From positions 200,386,001-200,450,000 of the forward strand of contig NC_086097.1 of NCBI RefSeq assembly GCF_963921235.1: 64,000 bases of DNA. Reading direction: 5' to 3'. Below the pieces are notes generated by a model. It saw nothing but the letters and a program-made list of their open reading frames with translations, was not told the DNA's origin and searched no databases. Of this stretch, positions 39,155 through 51,335 are shown one piece after another. The stretch comes from Mobula hypostoma. Taxonomy: Eukaryota. Within the stretch, counting starts at the first letter, position 1. The number at the start of each line of letters is the position of its first letter. A program made the translations under genes and the position numbers.

Positions 39155-40204
39155 AATATAAACAAACCAAAGATAAATTATATTTGACAAATTTGCAAGA
39201 GTTTTTAAAGAATATAACAAGCAAATTTGATAGAGGGGACCCTGTGCATGTAATATATTTAGATTTCTAGAAGATGATATACAAAAGACAAAAACTCAGT
39301 ATTGCAAGGAGAATGTTAGCATCCATTGAAGATGGGTTATTGCAAATAAGGCAGAGAGTCAGAATAAATTATTTTCTTTGGACTGGAAGTATGTAACTAG
39401 TAAAGTCAAAGTTCTTATTAATCACAAGTTATTAATAATATAAATTAATATTATATATTAGTATATTGGAGGCAGGAATGGAGTTTAAGTCACCAAGGTC
39501 CCTAATGGCACAAAAATAGATGTGAGAGCATGCTGCAATTTGGACCCTGCAAGAGGGTATCAATAGGTTGAATGAGTGGGTAAAATCCTGCCAAATGGGT
39601 TTAATGTGCAAAAATGTGACATTATGCACTTTGACAGGACAAATAAAAATGCAGACCATTACCTGAATGGAGAGAGACGGCAAATTATTGAAGTACAGAG
39701 GGATCTAGACATCCATGTGCATGAATCACAAAATACTGACAGGCAGGTCATTTAGAAAGCAAATAACGTCCTTTATTTCAAAAGTTGCAGTTTAGAAATG
39801 GGAAGGTATTATCACACGTGTGGGATATTGGTGAGATCTTGCACGAAATGCCATGCAGTTTCAGTTTCCTTATTTGAGAACATATTGGCAATGTGGGCAA
39901 TCCAAGGCTAATTTCTTAGATGAGGGAGTTGCCCTATCAAGTACAGTGAAAGAAGTTGGATCTGTAATCTGTGGTGCTTAGAATGAGAGGTGATCTTATT
40001 GTAAGGTAAAACTTCTAAGAGACATGACAGAGTTGATGTTAAGGTAGTTCCACAAGTGCAATAATCTCCAATGTGGAAGAAATGCAATCACAAAATCAGG
40101 AACTGTTATTTAAAGCTGAGGTGCACTAGGATTTCTCCTCACACAGTGGTGAATCTCTGCACTTTTCTAACCCAGAGCGTTATGGCGATGAGAATATTGG
40201 AGAT

Positions 40205-40535
40205 ACTTAAAACTTTATACTTTATACTTTATAGTCGCCAAACAATTGGTACTAGAACGTACAATCGTCACAGCAATATTTGATTCTGCGCTTCCCACTC
40301 CCTGGATTACAAATACTAAATATTAAAAATAGTAAACATAGTAAAAATTAGTAAATATTAAAAAATTAAATTATAAATCAGAAATAGAAAATAGAAAAAT
40401 GGAAAGTAAGGTCGTGCAAAAAAACCGAGAGGCAGGTCCGGATATTTGGAGGGTAGGGCCCAGATCCGGGTCAGGATCCATTCAGCAGTCTTATCACAGT
40501 TGGAAAGAAGCTGTTCCCAAATCTGGCCATACGAG
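40205..40535 (-). mobile_element. Rex1/Babar 3' end fragment
   Basis: Near-identical to 8540-8790. Confidence 0.85.
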
Positions 40536-40889
40536 TAGATAAACTAGATAAATTTTGAGGAAACAGCACAGAAGAGGAGCTGAGATCCGGAACTGATCAA
40601 ACACATCATTTTATTTTGTATGGCAGGATTGAGGCGCCAGTTGCTTCTCGTTTCTTATGTGTATCAAACATTAGGATTGATGGACAGGAGCCAGACTGGA
40701 TATACACCAGGTTACTACAGGAAGCAAGGGAATAATTTGCTAGACACTGACGACAATCCTTGTATTCTACCTGATCATTGCTATGCTACCAGAGCATTGG
40801 AGGATGGTAATTGTCACTGTTATTCAAGAAAGGTATTAGGGATAATTCTAGGAATTTAGACAAGTGAGTCTTAGGTCACTGATGGAAAT

Positions 40890-41755
40890 ACTTGGGCTTT
40901 TTAGGATCTGTCTCACTCGTTGGTGGACCTTGGATGTTGCAGCCTTTCTCACGTCCTCATTGTGGCTTTCGTGCGCCTGCAGGATACCCAAGTATTTATA
41001 GCTGTCCTGTACATCTGGTATATGGCCTTCAGGTAACTCAACTCCTTCAACCTTGATAAGTTTGACTCTTTTCATTACCATCCAGCTGCACTTATCCAGT
41101 CCAAATGACATCCCAATGTCTCTGCTGTACATCCTTGTCAGGTGGATTAGTGAGTCAATGGCTCTTTCATTTGTGGCATACAGCTTGATGTCATCCACGT
41201 ACAGGAGATGGCTGATGGTCACTTCACTCTTGAGCATGTACCCATATCCACTCTTTGAGATGACCTGGCTGGGGGGGGGGGGTGTCAAACCTATGCAGAA
41301 CAGCAGTGGGGATAGTGCATCACCCTGGTATATTCCACATCGGATGGTCACTTGTGTCATTGACTTTGAGGTAACCTCTAGCATTGTCTTCCAATGGCCC
41401 ATTGAATTCTTGATGTTCTTCATTAGTATCTTGTTCACGTTGCACAGAGACAGGTATTCCAGGATCCATGTGTGGAGCATTGAGTCATATGTTTGCTGGT
41501 AGTCGATCCCACCTGTGCTTAGGTTGGTTCGCCTGGTCTTGGAGTCTCGCATGACTGCTTTGTCTACCTGTAGTTGGTGCTTGGAGACTCTCGTTCCATT
41601 ACCAATCCCCCTCTGAGCAGGGCTCAGGAATTTACTCACATGTTCCTTCAGCTTGGTGGTCATGATGCTTGATAGGAGCTTCCATGTTTTTGACAGGCAG
41701 GTTATAGGCCAGTAGTTTGATGGTGTTGCTCCTTTGTGAGGACCATTCATTATGA
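40890..41755 (-). mobile_element. R4/Dong-clade non-LTR retrotransposon RT fragment
   Basis: NYWPITCLSKTWKLL, IDYQQTYDS..H.WI, GIYQGDALSPLLFC, SHLLYVDDIKLYA, GMSFGLDKC, YKYLGI. Confidence 0.8.
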
Positions 41756-41759
41756 AGTT

Positions 41760-42310
41760 TACTAAGGTGTTTGAAAAGGTTCCTCATGGAAGGCTCATCC
41801 AGATTGTTGCAGCTTTATAAAACTCTGGGCAGACCATACTTGGGAGTATTGTGTTCAGTTTTGGTTACCTCATTATAAGAAAGATGTGGAAGTTTTAGAG
41901 GGTGCGCAGTGGAAATTTACCAGGATGCTGCCTGGATTGGAGAGCAAGTTGAGCAAGCTAGGGCTTTTCTCTTTGGAGTAACAGAGGCAAATTGAGAGCA
42001 GTGTATAAAATTATCAAAAGCGTAGATAGAGTTGATAGCCAGTATCTTTTTCCAAGGGCAGTAATGGCCAATAACAGAGGGCATCTGCTTAAGGTGAGTG
42101 AAGGAATTTTTAGGGGATAAGTCAGAGGCAAGTTTTTCTTAAAACCACAGAGAGTGGTGGGTGACTGGGATGCACTGCCAGGGGTGATGGCAGAGGTGGA
42201 TACAATAAATACTCCAAGATAGGCACATAGATGTAAGAAGAATAGAGGGTTATAGGCTATGTTAGATTTCTCTTGCAAAGGACCCACACTGTGCCGTACT
42301 GTTTTGTGTT
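41760..42310 (+). mobile_element. Degenerate CR1 3' fragment
   Basis: CR1 C-terminal and tail remnants. Confidence 0.75.
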
Positions 42311-43049
42311 CTCAAACATGAAATTTAGAAAAAAATTAATCCAACTTATCTTTTAACAAGCTGTAACTAAATACATCACTTAAACTGTACAATGTTATTG
42401 AGTAATATACAAAGCTGCTGGATCTGGTTCCCAAAAATACTCTCAATTCAATGACTTCCCAAAGCAATTTTCTTAATGGAAAAGAAATTAGAATAATTTT
42501 TAAAAATTAAATTTACAGTTTATCAGATTTGATATGAGCACTGAATGGAGCAGAATTAAAAACGCTGAAAAGCCTGGTGGCATAACAACATCAGCAAAAG
42601 ATTACAGAAGTGTGAAGGGAGCATTCACTAAAGTGATGTAAACTGCAGATGTCGAGTAACAATAATTGATTCCTCAGGAAGAGAATAGACTGATGTTTCT
42701 GAAGAAAACAAGCAAGGATGTCAGAGGAAACACTGCCATTCATGCATCCAGACTGGGGTTATCACAAGTAATGTACAAACTCAGAGAGTGCAATAGAACA
42801 GACAGCAATGGAACCATCCCCAAAGAAAGACTAACATTGTGGTTCTGCAAATGAAATTTCAGTAATTAACTACACAATAAAGAATAAAGCCTCCAGGGTT
42901 GGAGTACTATCAACGTTCCTCCATGCCACAGTATAGACGAACAAGATAAGGGAATTAACTCCATTGCTAGGGATGATGGAATCAAAAAGGTATCAGTTTC
43001 TTTGAGATACAGCAATACTTTCTAGTTGCTTCTCCTATTAAAATTCACA

Positions 43050-43700
43050 GTAAATTTATTATTGAAGTACATATATGTCACCATATACCTCAGAGATTCA
43101 TTTTCTTGTGGACAATCCAATAAATCCATAATAGAATAATAACCGTAGTAAAATCAATGGAAGACCACACCAATTGGGGCGTTCAACAAATGTGCAATAG
43201 ACAACAGTGTACGGAAATACAAAAAGAAAGAAATAATGATAGATGGATAGATAAATAAGCTCAAAGTTCAAAGTAAATGTATATTCAAGGTATTTAGATG
43301 TCACCACATACAACGCTGAATTAATTTTCTTGCGGGCATACTCAGTAAATCCAAGAACCATAATAGAATCAATGAAAGACCGTACCCTACAGAGTGGACA
43401 AACAATCAATGTGCAAAATACAACAAACCGCAAATCTAAAAGAGAAAATAATATTAAATAAATATCGAGAATGTGAAATGAAGAGTCCTTGAAAGTGAGT
43501 CCATAGTTCATGGGAACAGTTCAGTGATGGGGCATGTAATATTATTCCCACTGGTACAAGAGCCTGATAGTTGAGGGGTAATAACTGTTCCTAAACCTGG
43601 TAGTGAGAGTCTTGAGGCTCCTGTACCTTCTTCCTGAGGGCAGCAATGAGAAGAGAGCAGGACCTGGGTGGCGGGGATCGCTGATGCTGCTTTCATGTGA
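43050..43700 (-). mobile_element. Rex1-like 3' UTR fragments (two tandem tails)
   Basis: LPSGRRYRSLK-like remnant near 43600-43640 and two related 3' UTR copies at about 43050-43250 and 43260-43500. Confidence 0.6.
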
Positions 43701-43819
43701 CAGAATGCTCTATGTAGAAGTGTAAGGCACTATTGAAGCTATTTATTATATTCAACAATATTCAAACACGAAATATATGATAAGCACAGCAATGTTTTTT
43801 TTTTGCTTACGATCAACTC

Positions 43820-46210
43820 GTATTTTCTAAGGCAATGAGAAAGCAAGGCCCTGAACTGGGGCAGAGCAAATTTTGGAGCCATTCAGCATGATCTTGCTGT
43901 GGTTGATTAGGCAAGATTGTTTGCGAGGAAAGGAGCCAAGTGGGAAACCCTTAAAAGTATACCATTAAGAGTTCCTTGCCTGCACGTTCCTGTTAGGATG
44001 AAGAACAAGGCTAGCAGGGAATATTGATTGGCTAGTGAAGTTCTGATTAAGAAAAAGAAGGAGACATACAGGGTTCTGAGTTGGATGATCAGCCATGATC
44101 ATACTGAATGGCGGTGCAGGCTCGAAGGGCCGAATGACCTACTCCTGCACCCATTTTCTATGTTTCTATGTTTCTATTGTGCATAAGCAATTTGGAAATA
44201 GTGAATCTCTCAATAGCTACAAGAAGTGTAGGAGTGCACTTAACAGAGAAGCTAGGAGGGCAAAGAGAGGATATGAGGGGGATCTAGCAAGCAAGGTGAG
44301 GCAAAATCTCAAGAGATTCTTTAGGCACAATATATCAGGAGTAAAAGGGTGCAAGGAAGAGAATGGGACCCCTTAAAGGTCAGCATAGCCACTTGTGTCT
44401 GGAACCAAAGGAAATGAGTGAAATTTTTAATGATCATATCTGCTGAGTTTTTACTTGGAGAAAACAACAAAAGCTGAGAAAATGGGGGAAATGAGCTTTG
44501 CCTCAGCTTTGTTTCTCCAATCCTGTTGGAGGGTTTTGGCCCGAAACATCGACAGTACTTTTTTTCCATAGATGCTGCCTGCCCTGCTGAGTTCCTCCAG
44601 CATTTTGTGTACCTTGCTTGGATTTCTAGCATCTGTAGATTTTCTCTTGTTTGTGAAATGAGAGATGTTGTCTTGAGCAACATAAGAATTAGCCGGGAGG
44701 AGGGATTAGAGTCCATAAAGTTCATTAAGGGGGATAAATCACTGGGGCCTGATCTGGTGCATTCTCAAACCATGTGGGAAACAAGGGAAACTGTGGGATA
44801 CTTGCTTCATCCTTGGCCACAGTTGAGGCTCTGGAGGACTGGAGAGTGGCTAAAGTGATATCATTGTTTAAGGTAGGTAGGTAAAAAGCCAGGAAACTAC
44901 ACGCCAGTGAGTCTGACAGCAATGGTGGATAAACTATTGCAGGGGTTTCTGAGGGAGATTGAGAGAGAGATGGTCTGATCTGAGACAGCACAGCTTTGTG
45001 CATGGGAAGTCATGTCCGATAAATCTCTTGGAGTACTCCAAGGAGGTATCCAAGAAGGTACATAAGAGAAGGGCAGTGGATGTTGTCTATATGGATCTTA
45101 GCAAGGACTTTGACACGTTCCCACAATGTATTCTAGTCCGGAGGTTTAGACTGCATAGGATCCAGATGGAGATAGCTGAATAGGTTCATAATTGGCTGAG
45201 TAGTAGGAAGTAGAGGGTGATAGTCAATGCTTCTTTCTCATTCTGGGGGCCAGTGTTTAGTAGTGTGTCACAAGGGTCAGTGCTGGGACCTCTGTTGTTT
45301 GTAATTTATAAAGATAATTTAAATGTGAATATACAGGACATGGTTAGTAAGTGTGTGGATGAGACTAAAATAGGTGATGTAGATAGTGCAGAAACTAAAG
45401 AAAAATTACAGGGGATCATGATCAGTTAGGTATACGGGTTAAGGATTGGAAGATTGTTTTCAATCCAGATAAATGTTAAGTATTGTGTTCTGGGAGATTA
45501 AACTAGGCTAGGATTTATACAGTGAACGATAGGGCTATGGAAGAGCGTAACCTTGGCGTGCATGTGTACAGTTCACTGAAGTGATATCACAGGTAGATAG
45601 GGTGGTGAAAGTGACATTTGGGATGCTAGACTTCATTGATCAGGCCATTATGTATAGGAGTTGGGAAGTAACATTGCAGTTATGAAATGCAGATGAGGCC
45701 ACATTGGAGTGTATATTTTTTGTCCTGTTATAGGAAAAATCTTATTGAACTAGCAAGAGTGCAAGTCTACCAGAACGTTGCCTGGAATTGGGGACCTGAA
45801 CTACAGCAGAAATTGTGTAGATTAGGACTTTATTCCTTGGAATGTAGGAGTTTGAGAGGAGATCAATAGATGTATGCAAGATCATGAGCTGTATGGACAG
45901 GGTGAAAGCACATTATCATTTTTCCCAGGGAGGGGTGCTTAAAAGAAGCAGACATAGGTTTAAGGTCAAAGGTGAGAGATTTAAGGGGGCATCGGGGTCA
46001 GCTTCTTCACACAAAAGGAGGTGCATTTTTGGAATGAGCTGCAGGAAACAGTAGTTGAGCTGGACACGTTAACATCAATAAGAGGCATCTAGATAAGTTC
46101 ATGAACAGGAGTGTTTTAGAGGTCTATGGGCAAATAAGACTTGCCTGCTGGGCAACACAGTCGACATTGATGAGTTGGGCTGAAAAGCCTATTCCATGCT
46201 GTAGACTCTA
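43820..46210 (+). mobile_element. Degenerate CR1 LINE with small CR1-tail and Penelope inserts
   Basis: QHSFVHGKSCPINLLE, VDVVYMDLSKDFD, SQGSVLGPLLFVIY; Penelope terminal piece at about 44517-44655. Confidence 0.8.
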
Positions 46211-48947
46211 AAAGGAAGTTTTTAAATCTGTATTGAATTTCCCTATACAGTACTATAATAGGCCAAATACCACAAGACCATATGATGTTATAGCATTCAA
46301 ATAATAGTGAAGAACCTTTGAAAATATACATGAATATACAAGTACAGCTTAAAGAGGAAAATGAAAAATATCTTTGTAGGTGAAAATAGATGAAGAGATT
46401 AAGTTCAATAATTGTGCAATGTGGAAGGCTGGAGAATGTGTGGAGGTGCCGTTAAAATGAAAATTGTTATCCACCACAAAAATATTTCCTTTAGGTATTA
46501 AAAGAACTTGGACATAATACTAATACTCTAGTGTTTTGATTTTGTACTGAGCGAAATAAAGGAGACTGGAAAAAAAGCAAGCTGCTAAAAGGTCTTATAG
46601 AATATGTAGTAAATATGTTAACATCATATTAGAAATTTTGGGTGTGCTCCCCCAGAATTGAATGCAAGCTAATTTACTTCAAACTTATTTAAATATAATT
46701 AATATATTTGGGGATGCATCAACACACCCAAAAATATCTCTATCACCTCAGGTTTTTTTTTACCCACAACGATTAGACTTTGCGGTCCAAAGGCAACAAT
46801 ATTGGTCAACCTTAACATATAATTAAAAAGGAAAAATTAATTTGATCTCTACTAGAAGACTAAGAGCATAAATTAAATTAAACCGAAGGTGTGGACAGGA
46901 GAATCTCTTGGAAAGGAATAGCCTAAGAAATGTATTAAGAATAAGTCAACTTCAAAAAACAGCTATTTATTAGAGTATTTGTTTCTGGAAGAATTGAAAA
47001 ATCTGATTCTACACTATGCAATTATTTTTAAATTGGTTTTGATAGAGTTCCATAAAAAAAGATGTATAACCAAATCCTGAAAATTCAGGCAAATCAAGAG
47101 ATTTGATGGATAATTATCAGCAAGAGAGAAAGCTCCTGTCAGACTGTAGGAAATTTGGCAAAGTTATTCATGCTGTATTTTATTTATACTATGGATTGGA
47201 ATTAACTGCTAGGTTGCCATAATTTGAGAGTAATATAGAAAAATTCCAAAATAATATGCAATAACACAAAATAGGAAGGAGAACAGTTAAAGCTAAAACT
47301 AAAGTAGCTGTGAATCAAATACTGTACGTCAGTTTAGACAAGTAGAGGAGCCAATTAGAAAATCTACTGAGAGGCTATGGTATCTTCAGCACTGGTTTAT
47401 GGCTCCATAGTCAATTGAAATCTACCCCATTTATATACCAATGCAAATTTGTTAGCTGTAAGGACACTGAAATTATGCTGTATGGTCTGACACATATAGT
47501 ATGGAAGAGTACTTTCTCTTAAAAGAACAGAAGAAGTCACCTCTGTTCCTGGGATTAATAGAGCAAAGATGTGTCTGTTCAATTCTATGCAAAGATGTAT
47601 TACAAGATGTGCAAATGTTCATATTCCAGGTGAGCTAAGGGCTGTAAAAAGTGACAGCCCATGAACTCCATTTCCAACTTGTAGTCATGGTATCTTCACT
47701 AACTTGTTCTCAATTTACAGAATAAGATTATTACTTCATACTGTTAGCACCATGACTTTTAAGTATTTAATAAATATATCGAATACAATATTTTGTGCAC
47801 TGCGGCTTTATTTTTGATTATTTATTAGCATATGTAGTAGAATCATTCTGTTGACTACACAGGAAAGTTACATTGAGCTCCTACAACACTCACTAGTATC
47901 TATTGGTCCATAACATTTTTGAACATATTTTGACAGTAACTATACAAGTTCAAGCTCCTGTATTCCAATGGGTTTAACAAACTACAAAATTGAAGGACTT
48001 ATCCTTCCATTGCAATAATTATTGGAGAAAGATATGGGCCAGAATGCTTCTTGCACTCCAACCATTAAGGGTGATGTAAAGCTATGAAAAATTTACTTTG
48101 GGCCAAGTGCAGCCCGTTTAAGGAGCAGACATGGTATCTCTTCACGGCACCCACCAGCCTTTGCTATCAGAAAGTGGAGAAGTAATTGTCAAGTGAAATA
48201 GAATATGGATTTGTTTTTGAAAAGATGGCATTTATAAATAATGCGAACTGTTTTTACTAATTGGCCTATAGCATTTCTCCATAGGGAATCATTTCTTGAG
48301 TGGGTGTAGATTTTAAAGTACCAATAAAACGTGGTAAAGTCATTGCTGTCTAGAATAAACCTGATATCGCTAGGGAATCACGTCACAGCTTCAGACAGGA
48401 ATTTGAACTCCAACTCAGGAATATGTATAACAATTCAGTGACTTATTCTGTAACCGCCAAGGATGATTTGAGCCTAAATGTTTCCTTAAAAATATGCACC
48501 ATTTGCATACTGGTAGGCAATTTCCTAAATCGCATGTAGGTGTGGCTCTAGGGCAGGATCGCGCAACGAGTCCATCAACAAAGCAGAAAACGCTTTTTAA
48601 AAATTTTTACCTGTACTCGTACGGTAATATGCCTGAAATAATTGCACGGAGAATATCGCGATTCAAAATAGAATTTCTGCAGTTAATACTGTTTAAAAAT
48701 ACAGAAGCATACTGAGCGACATAAATGATCATGAATGTTGATTATCAACAGCAGACAGCGGCCGTCACCGCTTGTGCCTGATAGACTAAGAATAACAGAA
48801 ATGCCGTTCTGTGTCATTATTGGGGTTAGACAAAGCGAGGTACGGTTAATGCAGTTCTACACACCAAAGCAAGAAGGAAATCGCCCCGCTGTGTATCTAA
48901 ATAAATCCAAGCTGAAATTGCGAAGGGAGATCGCATCGAGTACTTAC

Positions 48948-49261
48948 ACGAAGGCGTGATAGACCAGAGCCCATCCTCCGGGTCTTTCCAGCGCATCGTA
49001 GATAAAGTTCTGCAGTTTTCTGTAGGTTGCTTTCCTCTTGCTTGGCCGGCTGCTCAGCGGTTTGGTTAGCAGGCTCAGACTTTGCTTGGCTCCAGCTCTG
49101 CTGTCCTCTTTACTCCGTCCTTCCAGAAGCAGAGCGCCGTCGCGGTCTCCTCCGGAGCTCAGCCCCAGTCCTACCACCCCAGGTTCGGGGTCAGCTGCGA
49201 AACCCACCCGCAGCTTCTTGCCTGAGCCAGAGCCATCACCATTCCTGGACTTGAGCCCCAT
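48948..49261 (-). CDS. KCNQ3: KCNQ3 (Kv7.3) voltage-gated potassium channel, first coding exon (N-terminus to start of S1)
   Basis: Translation MGLKSR...[12 protein letters not shown]...[42 protein letters not shown] matches the KCNQ3-type N-terminus (MGLK..., [29 protein letters not shown]). Strong Kozak context ctgACCATGG at 49261. Phase-2 donor GT|GTAAGTA at 48947. Exon length 314 nt = 104 codons + 2 nt. Confidence 0.93.
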
Positions 49262-49900
49262 GGTCAGTAGGCACTCCAATGCTCACTGTAGGCAGGGTGG
49301 CACCAAGTGCGGAGAAGGCAAATGCCATGGCTTGCAAACAGAGCACAGAGTATAAACGAAGAGGTCCCATCAGGATCTTTGGGGTGTGGAGAGACCTCGG
49401 TATATCCTTTTAATCGGGTCGGGTGGTGAGCATCACGCCCCTCGCTTGATTCTTTTTTTTTAAACCTGTTGTGATATCTGATGTAGCCCTGAAGAGAGGC
49501 TCAGAGTAAATGAATGTTTGCAGTGTTAGTGGCGAGACATGCATGTGGATTTGTTGGGAGGGTTTTCCAGAAAGGAAGCAATACTAACAAATGAAGGAAG
49601 CAGAGAACAGGTTCAGTTCGATATGCTCGCCACACGCCAGCACGTGACCTGCATTACAATATGCATCACTCGAAAATACTGGACCACTTTTTGCAGATCT
49701 TAATACAGATATTTTTTAAGGGCGATATTTTTCGTGTTTAATTTCGATTTTAAAAAAACATTATGAAAGGAAAGATTTCAAACGGGGATGTCTGTTTTTG
49801 ACAGTAATACACATCAACCCTGTCCTAACGCTGTTGTCTAATTTCACCCCAGCGTGCTTCCTCATACAGAGTGATAAAATACTAACAATTTACACGCCAG
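49262..49900 (-). promoter_or_regulatory. KCNQ3 5' UTR / proximal promoter region, including a USF-type E-box GGTCACGTGC (CACGTG at 49641-49646)
   Basis: Lies directly upstream of the ATG, is repeat-poor and by eye is CpG-richer than its flanks. The transcription start cannot be determined from sequence. Confidence 0.5.
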
Positions 49901-50499
49901 TCATTTAAAATGCACTTGTTCCTGGCTTATGATCTCACGCCGCAAGAGACCATTCAGCCCGTCGAGATGGCATCAGCTCTTGAAAAAAAGCACTCATTAC
50001 TGCACCCCAACTTTTCCTCGTAGAATTAAAGAGCAGGTAGAATCATTCGTCACTACAGAACAAAAAGACACCATTGAGAGACCTAATCGGCCATCTCTTA
50101 TCTCACTGCGGTGGTTATATCTGGGCTACTGAATCAGTAATTTTCATCTTCTATAAGTCCTGGTGAAATTTACATTCATATCATTAAATAAGTGTTACAT
50201 TGAAAGGGAAGCATTAATAATAGTGACTGAAAGTTTTTCAAAATATATTTCACAAGTAAGGGGAATGAAGTATTTGATCCTTCGTGGAACTCTGAGAAGT
50301 TGTAATCACTTCCTTTTGCCTTGTTTGGGTGATGACTCTGTACTCCCTCATGTTGAGCACTATTTGGAAGAAGCATTGAAGGAAGCAAAGATACAGAACT
50401 TATTCCAGAAGGAAGTGCATCACCATGGGTGGCTCAGAAACACCATTATTGAAACTGTTGACTGAGCCCCACAACTGTCACCTTGTTGCATAAGATGGT

Positions 50500-51299
50500 T
50501 AGGGCATGTCGAAAGGACAAAGTTATGACAGTCATGGGGATTTCAGTATGCAGGTAGATTGAGAAAATCAGGTTGGTGCTGGATCCCAAGAGAGGGGGTT
50601 TGTAGAATGCCTACAACATGGCTTTTTAGAGCAGCTTGTTGTTGAGCACATTAGAGGAAAAGCGATTCTGGATAGGTTGTTGTTTAATAAACCAGATTTG
50701 ACTAGGGAGCTTGAGGTAAAGGAACCCTTAGGAGAGGTTGATCATAAAATGATAGAAAATCACCCCGCAGTTTGAGAGGGAGAAGATTAAGTCAGATGTA
50801 TCAGTATCGCAGTGGAATAAAGTGAATTGCAGAGGGATGAGAGATGAGTTAGCCGAAGTTGATTGGAAGGGAACATTAGCAGGGATAATGACATAACAGC
50901 AATGGCTGGAGTTTCTGGGGGTGATTCAGAAGGGAAGTCAAAGACAGCATAAAAGAAAATGAGGGCATATGATATAGCGAAAATTAGTGGGAAGTTAGAC
51001 GATTGGGAAGCTTTTAAAAACCAACAAAAAAGAGCCCTAAGGACAGAAAAGATTAAATACGAAGGAAAGCTAGCTGAGAGGATACCAAAAGTTTTTTCAG
51101 ATATATAAAGAGTAATAGAGAGGTGAGAGTGGATATTGGATGGCTATAAAATGATGCTGGATAGATAGTAATGGGGGAACAAAGAAATGGTGCATGAACT
51201 TAATCAGTACTTTGCAGCAGTCTGCACTGTGAAAGACACTAGCTGTATGCCAGAAATTCAGGAGTGCCAAGGGGCAGAAGTGAGTGTAGTTGCTATTAG
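50500..51299 (+). mobile_element. CR1 endonuclease/linker fragment, cut by the hAT element
   Basis: Homologous to 29430-30300 (GDFSMQVD.ENQVGAGSQE); breaks at gttgctattag|cagtgc. Confidence 0.8.
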
Positions 51300-51335
51300 C
51301 AGTGCAGTGCCAATTTTTTAGATGTTGGAACTGTA

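Larger units (their letters stand above)
38450..40650 (+). mobile_element. Old degenerate CR1 with nested insertions
   Basis: YLTNLQEFL...VHVIYLDF and HTVVNLCTFL remnants. Confidence 0.65.
1..48947 (-). other. KCNQ3: KCNQ3 intron 1 (partial; continues beyond window start)
   Basis: Canonical donor at 48947. I recognised no downstream KCNQ exon (S1-S2 sequence) in 1-48947. A very long intron 1 is typical of KCNQ3. Confidence 0.75.

Noticed and set aside
47385..47406. Possible REST/RE1 site (ttcagcact...)
   Set aside because: Only the left half matches; the GGACAG half is absent. I found no convincing RE1 by eye, although mammalian KCNQ3 is a reported REST target.
49262..49279. ORF-track N-terminal extension MECLLT of KCNQ3
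   Set aside because: It starts at a TTG. The ATG at 49261 has a strong Kozak context and gives the conserved MGLK start.
49027..49355. Plus-strand ORFs of 75 and 105 aa
   Set aside because: Antisense shadows of the GC-rich KCNQ3 exon.
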